Shown: positions 30,307-39,862, counted from the first letter of the stretch. The stretch is DNA of 43,840 bases from Promethearchaeota archaeon (GCA_008080735.1 SHMW01000028.1:1-43840); one strand, 5' to 3'. Translations and numbers: made by a program. The notes: generated by a model not told the origin, from the letters alone.

Positions 30307-31053
30307 ATGCCAAAAAAAGAAAATAATTCTTCGGATAAGAGACAAAAGTTTGAAGATTTAATGGATGATTTAAACAGAAGTATTAAAGTTATGGAAATCT
30401 TAGATAGTGTCCCTCGTATCCGAATTGCTCTATTATTGCTCATTTATCAAAAATTAAGCTTAGCCCAATTAAGTTCTCTTCTAAATCGTTCAAAAGCAAC
30501 GGTCACACACCATCTTAAAAAGTTCGAAGATTTAGGACTACTCAATATTACGAGAAAAGACGCTAGAGGCTCAATAGACGCTAAAGTGTACGAATTCAAT
30601 TCTGACTTTTTTAAATCTGTTCAGCTAAGCATGGATGATTTAAAATCGATAAAACCTGAAGAAGCGAAAAACATATTTAAAACTGCCATTAGAAAAGATC
30701 AGCTAATATTCGAATTAATTAAAAATATCTACGAAATATCAGATGATTTTTATCAAGGGATTCAGACATTATTAGATACTAATTCTCTTGAAAATATTCA
30801 AAAAAAATACTTTAAATCTCCGATTAGTTATCAATTTTGGTTTTTAGATGAGGAAGGTTATGAATCGTACGAAAAATTAATAAATGAATTTAATAATAAG
30901 ATGAGAGAAATCGTCAAAAAATCAACTCAAAAAAAGCCAGAAGAAATTGAGAGATCTTATTGTATCTTTCATTCATTCTTACCCTTAAAACATATTATAA
31001 AATATGATTTGCGAAATAAGCGATTTTTAAAATTTCTCGGCGTTTTCGACTAG
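30307..31053 (+). CDS. ArsR-type winged-helix transcriptional regulator
   Basis: RIRIALLL...LSLAQLSSLLNRSKATVTHHLKKFEDLGLL; divergent from the cassette genes. Confidence 0.88.
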   Translation: MPKKENNSSDKRQKFEDLMDDLNRSIKVMEILDSVPRIRIALLLLIYQKLSLAQLSSLLNRSKATVTHHLKKFEDLGLLNITRKDARGSIDAKVYEFNSDFFKSVQLSMDDLKSIKPEEAKNIFKTAIRKDQLIFELIKNIYEISDDFYQGIQTLLDTNSLENIQKKYFKSPISYQFWFLDEEGYESYEKLINEFNNKMREIVKKSTQKKPEEIERSYCIFHSFLPLKHIIKYDLRNKRFLKFLGVFD

Positions 31054-31398
31054 ATTTTAATCATTATATTTGATTTTGTAATTGAATAATTCCAGATTTT
31101 TTATCATTTTTAATTCCAAAAATACTTCCATTAGTACTTAACTTCCAGAAAAAAAGTTTTATCATCAAATTCCTCTTGAACTTATATTTCAATTTTTAAA
31201 TGATTAGCTTTCGTTTCCCATTCAGGGGATAGATGTTAATTTTCTCCCAATCTATCGAGTTATTATAAGATCCTCAAGAAAAACTTCTATAGCAGTAAAA
31301 TCTTTAATAAATCAATATCCCAATCTAAGATAAGAAAATTCTATCGTTTGGGTTCCTGAATATAAGTTTATATTGATAATTTAGATAAAATCTGGGAC

Positions 31399-32031
31399 TC
31401 AAATTTCAGCCAATCTCTTGATGCGTTTTACACCATCAATGGCGTCTTCTGCAAAATCGTCTGCTCCGAGCTTACTAGCCAAGTCCATATTTAAGGGAGC
31501 TCCGCCTACGATAAGCTTGACTTTATCTCTCAAACCCGCATCTTGCAAAGTTTTATGAACTGTATTTATTTCTTCTACTGTCATCGTTAATAAGGAACTT
31601 AATGCCACAATGCTAGCCTTAGTATCCTTTACTTTTTCTACAATTGTAGTTTCGTCCACATCCATACCCAAGTCAATAACTTCAAATCCAGAACTTAATA
31701 ATAATGAAGCGAGGATATTTTTACCAATATCATGATTATCTCCTTTCACCGTAGCGAGAATTACTTTCGTTTTGCTTTGTGATTTATCAGCTGCTGCCAA
31801 GGCGGGCTGCAATATTTTGAACGCCTCTTTCATTGTTTCGCCAGCTAAAACTAATTCCGTCAAGTAATATTCTTTTTCTTCATATCTACGACCTACTTCA
31901 TCCATACCCAATGTTAATGCTTTTAAAACTTTGAATGGATCTTTAACTTCTTTTAGAGCTTCTTTTACAGCGTCAGCAATATCTTCTATTTCTAATTCGA
32001 TAATCAATTCTGTTAAGGTTTCTAAATTCAT
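31399..32031 (-). CDS. Methyltransferase cognate corrinoid protein (MtaC/MttC-like)
   Basis: Cap domain GMDEVGRRYE..EYYLTEL; DxHxxG motif GDNHDIGKN; DLG, LSSL, VGGAP. Confidence 0.95.
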   Translation of the reverse strand: MNLETLTELIIELEIEDIADAVKEALKEVKDPFKVLKALTLGMDEVGRRYEEKEYYLTELVLAGETMKEAFKILQPALAAADKSQSKTKVILATVKGDNHDIGKNILASLLLSSGFEVIDLGMDVDETTIVEKVKDTKASIVALSSLLTMTVEEINTVHKTLQDAGLRDKVKLIVGGAPLNMDLASKLGADDFAEDAIDGVKRIKRLAEI

Positions 32032-32217
32032 TTTTGTAGTATTTGATTAATTAGTCAATTTTTTTTATTTTTTGAAAATCATACATTTTATATAAATGCT
32101 TTTTTTCTAATGTTAGAATTTTCGACTTGAATTTTTCGATGATGAAGATTTAAAAATAATAAAGATCGAAAATAAAAAATTTGATAATATCTACTCGATT
32201 TAGTTAAATATTTTAAC

Positions 32218-32329
32218 GATTAATCACAAAAGAAGGGGATAAGAACAGCAAAATCTTATTTATTGAACTTCTTATTCATCAATTTTTTCCTAATATTTTT
32301 GAGATATTCGTTCTTCTCTAAGCATTCTT
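32218..32329. repeat. Right copy of direct repeat, overlapping the 3' half of microprotein member 3
   Basis: 32247-32305 identical to 23692-23750. Confidence 0.92.
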
Positions 32330-32393
32330 CTAGAGTTTTATTGTTAAACGTCCAGCTTGACCTTCTGTATGGGTTATGGCGATAATCTCTCAT
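32256..32393 (-). CDS. 45-aa basic microprotein (family member 3, lacking the Cys motif; not in ORF track)
   Basis: MRDYRHNPYRRSSWTFNNKTLEECLEKNEYLKNIRKKLMNKKFNK; aligns without gaps to members 1 and 2 from the conserved W onward; TTTAAATA TATA-like box about 50 bp upstream; no clear SD. Confidence 0.7.
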   Translation of the reverse strand: MRDYRHNPYRRSSWTFNNKTLEECLEKNEYLKNIRKKLMNKKFNK

Positions 32394-32529
32394 GAGTTTA
32401 AATTGATGTTTTTTTACTTCTAGTTTTAGATGGGTTTTCTAACTATTTAAATGTTAAGAATTTCGACAAATTGCATAAATGGTGGTGAAAAAGGAGGAAA
32501 AATCATAAAATTTAAAAAGGATAAATTAA

Positions 32530-34713
32530 CTACGTGATAGTCAACCTTATCTTTACGGTAAAATCTTTTTCAAAATTGAAAATAGGAATCACATTAGTCC
32601 CCTGGTAGATGTTCTTATATCCCTCATCAGTCCAGGTATATGAGATGAGGGGAAATTTGGAAATTTTGTGCCGAAGTTCAGAATCGATTTGGACTTCGAA
32701 AGTAAGGTCATATGTCTTATCATATGCGCTAAAATGAGAACCAATATATTCAAATTGGTCTTGAAGTTGATTATCCTTTATTAGATGCTCGTCCAAATCG
32801 CTACTTTTCCAAGAAAATTTCTTAGGATCTCCATTAAAGAAGAAAGGAATATCAATCCCAAAATTAAGACGTTCTAAGAATTGTTTTAAATTCTTCTCTA
32901 TTAGGGTTGAATTCTTCAATGTCCCAGAAAGTATAATACTGATAACATTTTTCTCAACTTCAATTTTTTTTTGAAGGTCCAAAAGATAGGTTTTTTCAGA
33001 AGTAATATCCTTTATTTCTCCTAATTTTTCCAAAATAATGGTTGCATTTTCCCCATCTTTTTCGGATTTCTTTACTTCAAAATCTAAATCGGGGATATTT
33101 GAGTACTCAGCATAAGTATCCGCCGCTAACTCGTCCAGAGAAGTATTGTCTTGAAAAATTCTGAATCTGAGCATACTTCTTCTGAAGCGATCAACAGATA
33201 TTTCGTTGTTTTCAATTTTTTCTTTTTCGTGATAGGCCTCCTCCCAACGCGTGAGAGTATTAAGCAGATTATAGGATTTAGGCTTATAATCCAGTTCAAA
33301 AATGGTTCCACCTTGAGCAGGATCTATATACAGATTTAGTGTGTCCGATTCTAAAATCAGTTCAGATCTACTTTTTTTATAGAAATCAACAGGTAAGACA
33401 CTCATATATGAACCAAGCTTTGGATATATAAGTTGATTAATTTTATCAATGAGATTTTCCGCATTAATCAATCGTTTGTATATTGCGAATCGTAAGAATT
33501 GTAAATATACACCCCCGAATAGTCCGTGCCAATATGCATCATTACATTGGGCTTTATGGATTTCTTCCCAAGCCTCTTCGACTTTTTTTCTAATTGTATC
33601 TTTTATGGTCTTATCCTCGAGACTCTTTAATTTATTTTCGAGTCCTATTAGCTTTTCACGGATATAAAGCATTTTTTTATGCATATTATTTGATTCAGGG
33701 TATTTTACCAGAAAATATCGCCAAAACCCTCCCTTTAAAAACATATAGAGGTCTTGTTTTTCTTCGCTTTCCCTCAGCTTATCTCTATAATCTTCAAAAT
33801 TCCTGCGGATTTTTGTTGGCAGTACCCATTCTTCCATTTTATCATAAGAAGCCGTTGGCAGATAGACCAAGTCTTTTGCGGGGAATTTCTCCATGTATTC
33901 AGAGAGAGTGATTGATTTTATCCATTCATTATCTCGGATTCTTCTAAAGAGCATAGGAATAAAGGGTTTTCCGCTATCACCTTCTTCATGTCCGCAGCCC
34001 TCATTATAACAAATTTGATGGGTCGAACCCCACACACCCATTTTTTCTGCATCCGAGATTAGAAGTGCCATCCTATCTCCTTTCTTATCGGCGATGGTTT
34101 TTAAATGATCTATAGTCTGTGTCGTAGGTTTCCAGGGAGTTAAATAACGGAGCTCTTCATTTATGGGAAAAATTCTTAGCGTTTTTCCTTCATCCTCGGT
34201 ATTATAAGAATAAAGAGTCTCTTCTTGAGAAATGCCCGTGGATCTGAAATGATTATCATCAACTATAACATATTTCAATCCTGCCTCGACTAAAAAGGAA
34301 GGATAATTCGGTTCCCATACCCTTTCGGAAAGCCAGGCACCGTTTACTGCCAAATGAAATTCCTTCTCTATTAATTGCGTAAGCTTTCTGATTTGAGCAA
34401 TCCTATCACGTCGAGGAATCACCGCATAAATAGGTTCATAATATCCTCCCCCGATAATTTCAATCTGTCCTCTGTGTGCCATTTCTCGAATTTTATTAAT
34501 AAATTTTGGTTTGTTCTCTAGAAACCATTCTAAAATATTTCCCGAAAAATGAAGCGTAACTTTTATCTCTGGAAAGTTATAGATATTTTGTATTAATGGT
34601 TTGTATGATTTTTGAAAACTCTCCTCAAAAACCCACGGAAAATTATCTACTGGCTGGTGAAAATGGAAAACAATTGGAAAATAGATACTTGGTTCTGTGT
34701 TGGTTTTACTCAT
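32530..34713 (-). CDS. GH57 alpha-amylase / 4-alpha-glucanotransferase
   Basis: HFHQP, GGGYYEP, WLSERVWEP (nucleophile), SDAEKMG (acid/base), AQCNDAYWHGLFGG. Confidence 0.95.
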   Translation of the reverse strand: MSKTNTEPSIYFPIVFHFHQPVDNFPWVFEESFQKSYKPLIQNIYNFPEIKVTLHFSGNILEWFLENKPKFINKIREMAHRGQIEIIGGGYYEPIYAVIPRRDRIAQIRKLTQLIEKEFHLAVNGAWLSERVWEPNYPSFLVEAGLKYVIVDDNHFRSTGISQEETLYSYNTEDEGKTLRIFPINEELRYLTPWKPTTQTIDHLKTIADKKGDRMALLISDAEKMGVWGSTHQICYNEGCGHEEGDSGKPFIPMLFRRIRDNEWIKSITLSEYMEKFPAKDLVYLPTASYDKMEEWVLPTKIRRNFEDYRDKLRESEEKQDLYMFLKGGFWRYFLVKYPESNNMHKKMLYIREKLIGLENKLKSLEDKTIKDTIRKKVEEAWEEIHKAQCNDAYWHGLFGGVYLQFLRFAIYKRLINAENLIDKINQLIYPKLGSYMSVLPVDFYKKSRSELILESDTLNLYIDPAQGGTIFELDYKPKSYNLLNTLTRWEEAYHEKEKIENNEISVDRFRRSMLRFRIFQDNTSLDELAADTYAEYSNIPDLDFEVKKSEKDGENATIILEKLGEIKDITSEKTYLLDLQKKIEVEKNVISIILSGTLKNSTLIEKNLKQFLERLNFGIDIPFFFNGDPKKFSWKSSDLDEHLIKDNQLQDQFEYIGSHFSAYDKTYDLTFEVQIDSELRHKISKFPLISYTWTDEGYKNIYQGTNVIPIFNFEKDFTVKIRLTIT

Positions 34714-34933
34714 CTTTCTTTCCTTCTCTTAACTCTAAACTACTATGATTCTTAATAATTTTTGATATAATGTAAAAATTTTGAAATCGCTCAAAGAAAA
34801 AAATTAATTACACGATTCACTCATAAATTGTATATTTATCATGAAGTAAAATTTTCATTCGAAATAATTATTATACTAAAGTTATTATAACTCAATAGGT
34901 TTTAAATAAACACAAACAAGGTGGGAATCACAA

Positions 34934-36661
34934 ATGTCTTTTTTAAAACATATCGACAAGAATATAATTGAAAATCTCATGAATTCACACGAATTTAAAG
35001 CATGGCTGATTTCGAGACGATGGTTTGGTGATAAATTTCTCTTGTCAAATCTAGATTTTTACATTTCTCTTGAATATTTTGAAATTATCGCTGAGCGAAT
35101 ATTTTTAACTATTATAAAAATCTCCCGAGGAGAGGATTATGAACAATCCTATTTCTTACCTTTACTATACTATAAAAATTTAAATCAGATTTTGGAAAAA
35201 AGTGAGAAAGAGAAAGATAATTTCATAAAACTTACTGAAAACACGTTTAGCAAAAAAATAGCCATAACTCTTGAGAAAGAGCAAAAATCATTCACATTTA
35301 ACTTATTAGAAGCGGAGTTTACATTATTCTTCTGGAAAAACATGTTATTTGAACAAGAGATAACGGAAAGTTTCCCCAAGCTATCACTCAAGCTCACCTT
35401 ATACGAAGAACAATTTCAAGATAAGGAGAATATGAAAAAGGTCCAAAATCTGATCGAAGCAAGTATATATTCTGAAAGATATGATATAATACTAGAGCAA
35501 TTAGGAAAAGGAAATACGACAAATCTGCTATTTAAATTAACTCTTATCAATAAAGTGGAGGATTCAGAACCAATCTCTTATGTGATGAAATCATATAAAG
35601 AGTATTCTGAAAGCCTTGAACCTCAAACTTTATTCGTATTAGTTAAAAATAATTATCCAGGGGCTCCAAATATCTATGGGACTATCAAGTTGATGGGAAA
35701 AGACGCAATAGGAGTATATCAATATATACCAAATCAAGGAAATGTTGGAGATATCCACTGGAACGAGTTAAATGAGATGATTTATGAGGTGTTTTCAGAT
35801 CCAGACGGCGATTATTCAAAATTGGATGAGACGAAAGAAATTTCTCAACTAATTAAAGACTACTGTGAGGCAACTTTACAAGTATCTTCGGAAATTGCAG
35901 AGTCTATAAAGAAGTTACATCACGCATTAATCTTTGCTGAAGATTCGAATTATGCGTCAGAAGTGGTAGAGAGCGACTTTTATTTGAGCAACTACACCCA
36001 AAAACTCAATCTTATGATTTCGGATCTTCAATACTTGATGAAACAAGAATCAGAAAATATGTTCTATAACCTCCCTAAAATTAGTTCTGTCTTAATTGAC
36101 ACCAAAGATGTTTTAGAAAAATTCAGAACGGAATTTCAAAAAGAAAGCATTGATGTACAACCGGTGCATCAAGATCTTCATATGGAACAAATTCTTTATG
36201 AAAAAAAAAACGGTCCTTACCAATTCTATTTCATGGATTTTGAAGGAGATCCACAACTGTCTTTAGAAGAGAAAAAACAAAAATATCCTACGGAAAAAGA
36301 CTTGGCATCATATCTACGTTCATTAAGTTATATAAAATTCAATACCTTACTTCAATATATAGAAAAAAAGATCGTTGATAAAGAGAAATATGTTGTTTCC
36401 GAAGAAATTTTATATAGTCTATTTTTCCGAAAAGGAACACGCGAGAAACGAAAAACTTTAGATGCGCTACTAAGATTCTTGAATAAATGGGAAGTAAAAA
36501 TTATGAACAAATTTCTAAAAGACCTTAACCCAAGCATTACTCTAATCAACTACTATACTATAGAACGTATTCTTCATGAGGTTCAATATGAAATGCTCTT
36601 TCGGCCCAACAAATTTATTATACCCCTTTTAGGACTCCAAGAAATAATAGAGAATAACTAA
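34934..36661 (+). CDS. Maltokinase (Mak/Pep2)-like phosphotransferase
   Basis: WLISRRWFG N-cap, HQDLHMEQIL, DFEGDP, KDLASYLRSLSY, HEVQYE...RP. Confidence 0.8.
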   Translation: MSFLKHIDKNIIENLMNSHEFKAWLISRRWFGDKFLLSNLDFYISLEYFEIIAERIFLTIIKISRGEDYEQSYFLPLLYYKNLNQILEKSEKEKDNFIKLTENTFSKKIAITLEKEQKSFTFNLLEAEFTLFFWKNMLFEQEITESFPKLSLKLTLYEEQFQDKENMKKVQNLIEASIYSERYDIILEQLGKGNTTNLLFKLTLINKVEDSEPISYVMKSYKEYSESLEPQTLFVLVKNNYPGAPNIYGTIKLMGKDAIGVYQYIPNQGNVGDIHWNELNEMIYEVFSDPDGDYSKLDETKEISQLIKDYCEATLQVSSEIAESIKKLHHALIFAEDSNYASEVVESDFYLSNYTQKLNLMISDLQYLMKQESENMFYNLPKISSVLIDTKDVLEKFRTEFQKESIDVQPVHQDLHMEQILYEKKNGPYQFYFMDFEGDPQLSLEEKKQKYPTEKDLASYLRSLSYIKFNTLLQYIEKKIVDKEKYVVSEEILYSLFFRKGTREKRKTLDALLRFLNKWEVKIMNKFLKDLNPSITLINYYTIERILHEVQYEMLFRPNKFIIPLLGLQEIIENN

Positions 36662-36675
36662 TAAACTTTCATTTT

Positions 36676-37293
36676 CTATTTCTTATCCTCAACTTTAGCA
36701 AATTCAAAAGCAAAATGTGAAGCATCCCGTCTGACGGGTTGGATGGTCTCTTTATATTTTTTCATTAATTTACTACTGTCTTCCAGTTCCTCCGTGATAA
36801 ATTCCTTATCAAAATCACCTTTATCGCCTTTTGTGATAAGATACCAAATAAAAGCCTCCACAAACCGTTCGGGTCCAAACTTTTTGGTAATTAAAATATA
36901 GTTCTGTTTATCAATAAATTTTGGAAATAATCCATATTCTTCACAGAGATCTAATTTATAAGATATATCGTCCAATTTTCCTTGTAACCTTGCGAGATCG
37001 TTGATAAAGCGAGCTAGCTCTGTCCCAAGTTCGATCTGTTTTTTTTCATCAAAATTTGTAATTAAAGACTTAAAAAATCTCCTTTTTAATAAAACAAGGT
37101 CATTTTCATTGAAAGATTTTATCGAACTATGGTCTATTAAAAAAAAGCGAGCCCGTTCTAAATACTCTCTAATGACCGCCGCTTTAGTGAGACGTCTCTT
37201 TCTGCAAATCTCATCTAATGTGTTATCTAACTCTGGACTTATCCTTACGGTGAGAATTGCATCCTTCTTATTTTTATTTTTATCTTTCGACGT
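36676..37293 (-). CDS. Ribbon-helix-helix (CopG-like) regulator with C-terminal domain of unknown function; 205 aa if started at ACG 37293
   Basis: Frame is open 318 nt upstream of the ORF-track TTG (36975) and encodes DAILTVRISPELDNTLDEICRKRRLTKAAVIREYL; SD AGGTG 8 nt before ACG. Confidence 0.75.
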   Translation of the reverse strand, partial: TSKDKNKNKKDAILTVRISPELDNTLDEICRKRRLTKAAVIREYLERARFFLIDHSSIKSFNENDLVLLKRRFFKSLITNFDEKKQIELGTELARFINDLARLQGKLDDISYKLDLCEEYGLFPKFIDKQNYILITKKFGPERFVEAFIWYLITKGDKGDFDKEFITEELEDSSKLMKKYKETIQPVRRDASHFAFEFAKVEDKK

Positions 37294-37467
37294 AGATTAT
37301 ACACCTAATTCCATTTTGAAGTGTTTTTATGGTGATTTATAGATTAATATAACAAATTCTATGTAACGAAAGTAATTTTTGTATTTATTTCTATTCATAT
37401 TGAAATGATTTTAAAAACTGCAATCTCTATCCAAAAGCAGAAAAAAGTGAGTTCAATTAAAATTTTT

Positions 37468-39852
37468 TCAAACAGAGATTACAGAAAGTACTTCTGGGTT
37501 ATCTATACGAAGAAATTCCAAATTTTTGAGAATTTTTTCAAGATCTTCTATTGTAATTAAGAATTTACCTTGCATTTTTTTGTTATTTTTAACCTTCTCA
37601 ACTTTGATAATTTCCAAAGCATCTACGATTTTTTTTCCATATTCGTTCCTCATCAAATCGGAAATATCATATAATCCATTTTTAATCTTAATTATTTTAG
37701 AGTTTTCTAATTCATCCTTAAGATCATAGATAATTTTTAGTGTCCATTTTTTAAACTCTGGAAATGACTTAAGATTCTTCAAATTAATTTCATGATATTT
37801 CTTATTTTTGATCGAATCAATTAATTTAGCAGTAATAAATTTTTTAAAATCATATCTTAATTCTTGCAAGCAATCCCTATTCAGAGGGGTTTTTGAAAAC
37901 TCCAAAACTGTATTCTCATCTCTAAAAATAGTTTTATAGCGCTTAAAGCCAATCAAATTTAGAATTTTATTCTCTGAATGAGATTGATTCCGTATTTTCT
38001 GATAAAAATGATTATAATCGGCTGAGACCTTTTCTTGCATCAATTTGTTGAAATGGTATTTAAATCGGTCCTTTTTAGGGGAGAATATGTTTTCAAATTG
38101 TTGATTAATCCTATTGTAGGCATCAATTTCATCAATTTTATGATTCTTCAAATCAGCTACTATATTAAACGGTAAATAGGAGCATACATACACTATTCCT
38201 TCATAAACCAAGTCAATAGCTGTTTTTATACCCAATTTTCGTATTGGGCGGAATATCTTAATGTTTGATGGTTTTATCGTAATCGGTTCTTTCAGACATA
38301 AAATCAGGTCAAAAGGTTTGATCTCATAAGTTAAAGGATTATCCTTTTCGGGAATGATAAATCCGTCATTAAATTGACAAATATAACTCCCTAAAACCGG
38401 TTTTTGAGCAAGATCCCACTCAATAAGGATATATTTTTTCACATCTTTTAACCTTAGGTGAAAATTTAATTCACCAGTATCATGTGTATATGCAGTATTT
38501 TGAATACTAGGATTCTCATCCTTCCAGAATTGTTTGACTTCTCTTTCTAATGGATTATTGCTATTAAAAATATGTTTAAATACAGGATAATTTTCTACAA
38601 AATAATTAATACTAATATAATCCAGATGATGTTTCTCAAATCCACATTTCTGAAGGATATAATAGTAGAGAGGAGATTTGTTTTTTTTCACATTGGACCA
38701 TAAGATCGTGGGAAATTGGTATTTATAATGAAATTTGATCTCTTCAAGTTTATCCGTTTTCGTATTTGATATCACTAATGATCTTAAAGCGGCATGTTTT
38801 TGTTTTAGGCCTTCTCGATAAAGATTTTCAATCTTCGTTTTATAATCAATTAATTCGGAAGTTGAAACAACTGAATCTTTAACCTGCAAATTATTTGCTA
38901 TGTCCATTAGAGCCTGTACATAGGGTTTTGAATCTAGATTGGTTATTGCCCGTTGAATTTCAGACTTCACGATATTAGTGATCTTTTTTTTTATAGCTTT
39001 ATTTGATAAGTCTTTGTGGTTTTCAAATTCACGGCACTTAATAAAGAAAGGTTCGAGAGATAGTTTATTCTGAAATTTATGGAGCAGAATAAATTTTAAA
39101 ATTGTATTTTCAATTTCAGAGAAATTGATTTGATTTAGCAATCTTGTTCTCTCAACTTCTTCTAATTTCAACAATAAAAGCTGGATTTTAATAAAAATAC
39201 CAACTAGATTTTCAAAAATATACGAATCTATCTTAGAAATTATTGAATTGATAATTTTTGGAAAGGAAGCAGAATTTTTCCTAATAAATTGTTCATGTTG
39301 GACTATATATTGGATAAATTGACCTGGTAAATCCTTTTCTGTTGATAAATTTAGAATTCTCGAAATATAATCTAAGTTCTTTGATTGTCTATAGGCTTGA
39401 GATAAAAATTCAATTGCCTCTAGATATTTTTTCTCTTTGATCAATTTATTAGCCTTTTGGGCGGAGTTCTCTTGTTTGCTTCTTTTTATATCTGCGAAAT
39501 TAGAAGAAAATTTTATATTCTTATAATTCCCTACAATCTTTTTGCAAACCTCATGATCAATTACTAAAAGTGTTTTTAAGATATGTTTACAGAAGTTATA
39601 GCCTTTTTTATAATCGGGACAATCATGAATGACTAGAAAAGTATTACTTTCATTTTCAAGAATATTAACGATATAGTTATTATTACTGGAGCCTTTTATA
39701 CTGCATAAAATAGTAATAGGATTGGTTTCAACATCAAAATTAATAAAATTCTTTGATGGTATATTTCTTGCTCTACTCAATCTCTTTCCGACAGCATATC
39801 TTTTTACAAGATCTTCATTTTTTCTGTTATTTACTAATCTAATATTTTTCAC
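37468..39852 (-). CDS. SWIM zinc-finger-containing large protein
   Basis: IKGSSNNNYIVNI...HDCPD......FCKHILK followed by a TPR-like helix pair and long helical region. Confidence 0.75.
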   Translation of the reverse strand: MKNIRLVNNRKNEDLVKRYAVGKRLSRARNIPSKNFINFDVETNPITILCSIKGSSNNNYIVNILENESNTFLVIHDCPDYKKGYNFCKHILKTLLVIDHEVCKKIVGNYKNIKFSSNFADIKRSKQENSAQKANKLIKEKKYLEAIEFLSQAYRQSKNLDYISRILNLSTEKDLPGQFIQYIVQHEQFIRKNSASFPKIINSIISKIDSYIFENLVGIFIKIQLLLLKLEEVERTRLLNQINFSEIENTILKFILLHKFQNKLSLEPFFIKCREFENHKDLSNKAIKKKITNIVKSEIQRAITNLDSKPYVQALMDIANNLQVKDSVVSTSELIDYKTKIENLYREGLKQKHAALRSLVISNTKTDKLEEIKFHYKYQFPTILWSNVKKNKSPLYYYILQKCGFEKHHLDYISINYFVENYPVFKHIFNSNNPLEREVKQFWKDENPSIQNTAYTHDTGELNFHLRLKDVKKYILIEWDLAQKPVLGSYICQFNDGFIIPEKDNPLTYEIKPFDLILCLKEPITIKPSNIKIFRPIRKLGIKTAIDLVYEGIVYVCSYLPFNIVADLKNHKIDEIDAYNRINQQFENIFSPKKDRFKYHFNKLMQEKVSADYNHFYQKIRNQSHSENKILNLIGFKRYKTIFRDENTVLEFSKTPLNRDCLQELRYDFKKFITAKLIDSIKNKKYHEINLKNLKSFPEFKKWTLKIIYDLKDELENSKIIKIKNGLYDISDLMRNEYGKKIVDALEIIKVEKVKNNKKMQGKFLITIEDLEKILKNLEFLRIDNPEVLSVISV

Positions 39853-39862
39853 CTAAATGACT

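Larger units (their letters stand above)
23663..32329. mobile_element. Putative direct-repeat-bounded metabolic island (no integrase visible)
   Basis: Eight-gene cassette flanked by the 59-bp perfect repeat, separating homologous microprotein genes. Confidence 0.45.

Noticed and set aside
31080-31340. Possible decayed gene fragment on the minus strand (LGEN*HLSPEWETKANHLKIEI*VQEEFDDKTFFLEVKY*)
   Set aside because: Coding-like composition, but multiple stops and no recognisable homolog; cannot be supported without a search
27510-32470. Recurring aatgtt(c/a)g-like motif near 27514, 27541, 30253 and 32109, with a looser match near 32450, as an ArsR operator
   Set aside because: Short and AT-rich; two instances abut TATA-like boxes and may be ordinary BRE-TATA promoter sequence
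36676-36975. 99-aa ORF as a complete gene
   Set aside because: It is the C-terminal half of a frame open to 37293 that includes an RHH domain
37001-37342. 113-aa plus-strand ORF
   Set aside because: Antisense shadow of the RHH-encoding minus frame
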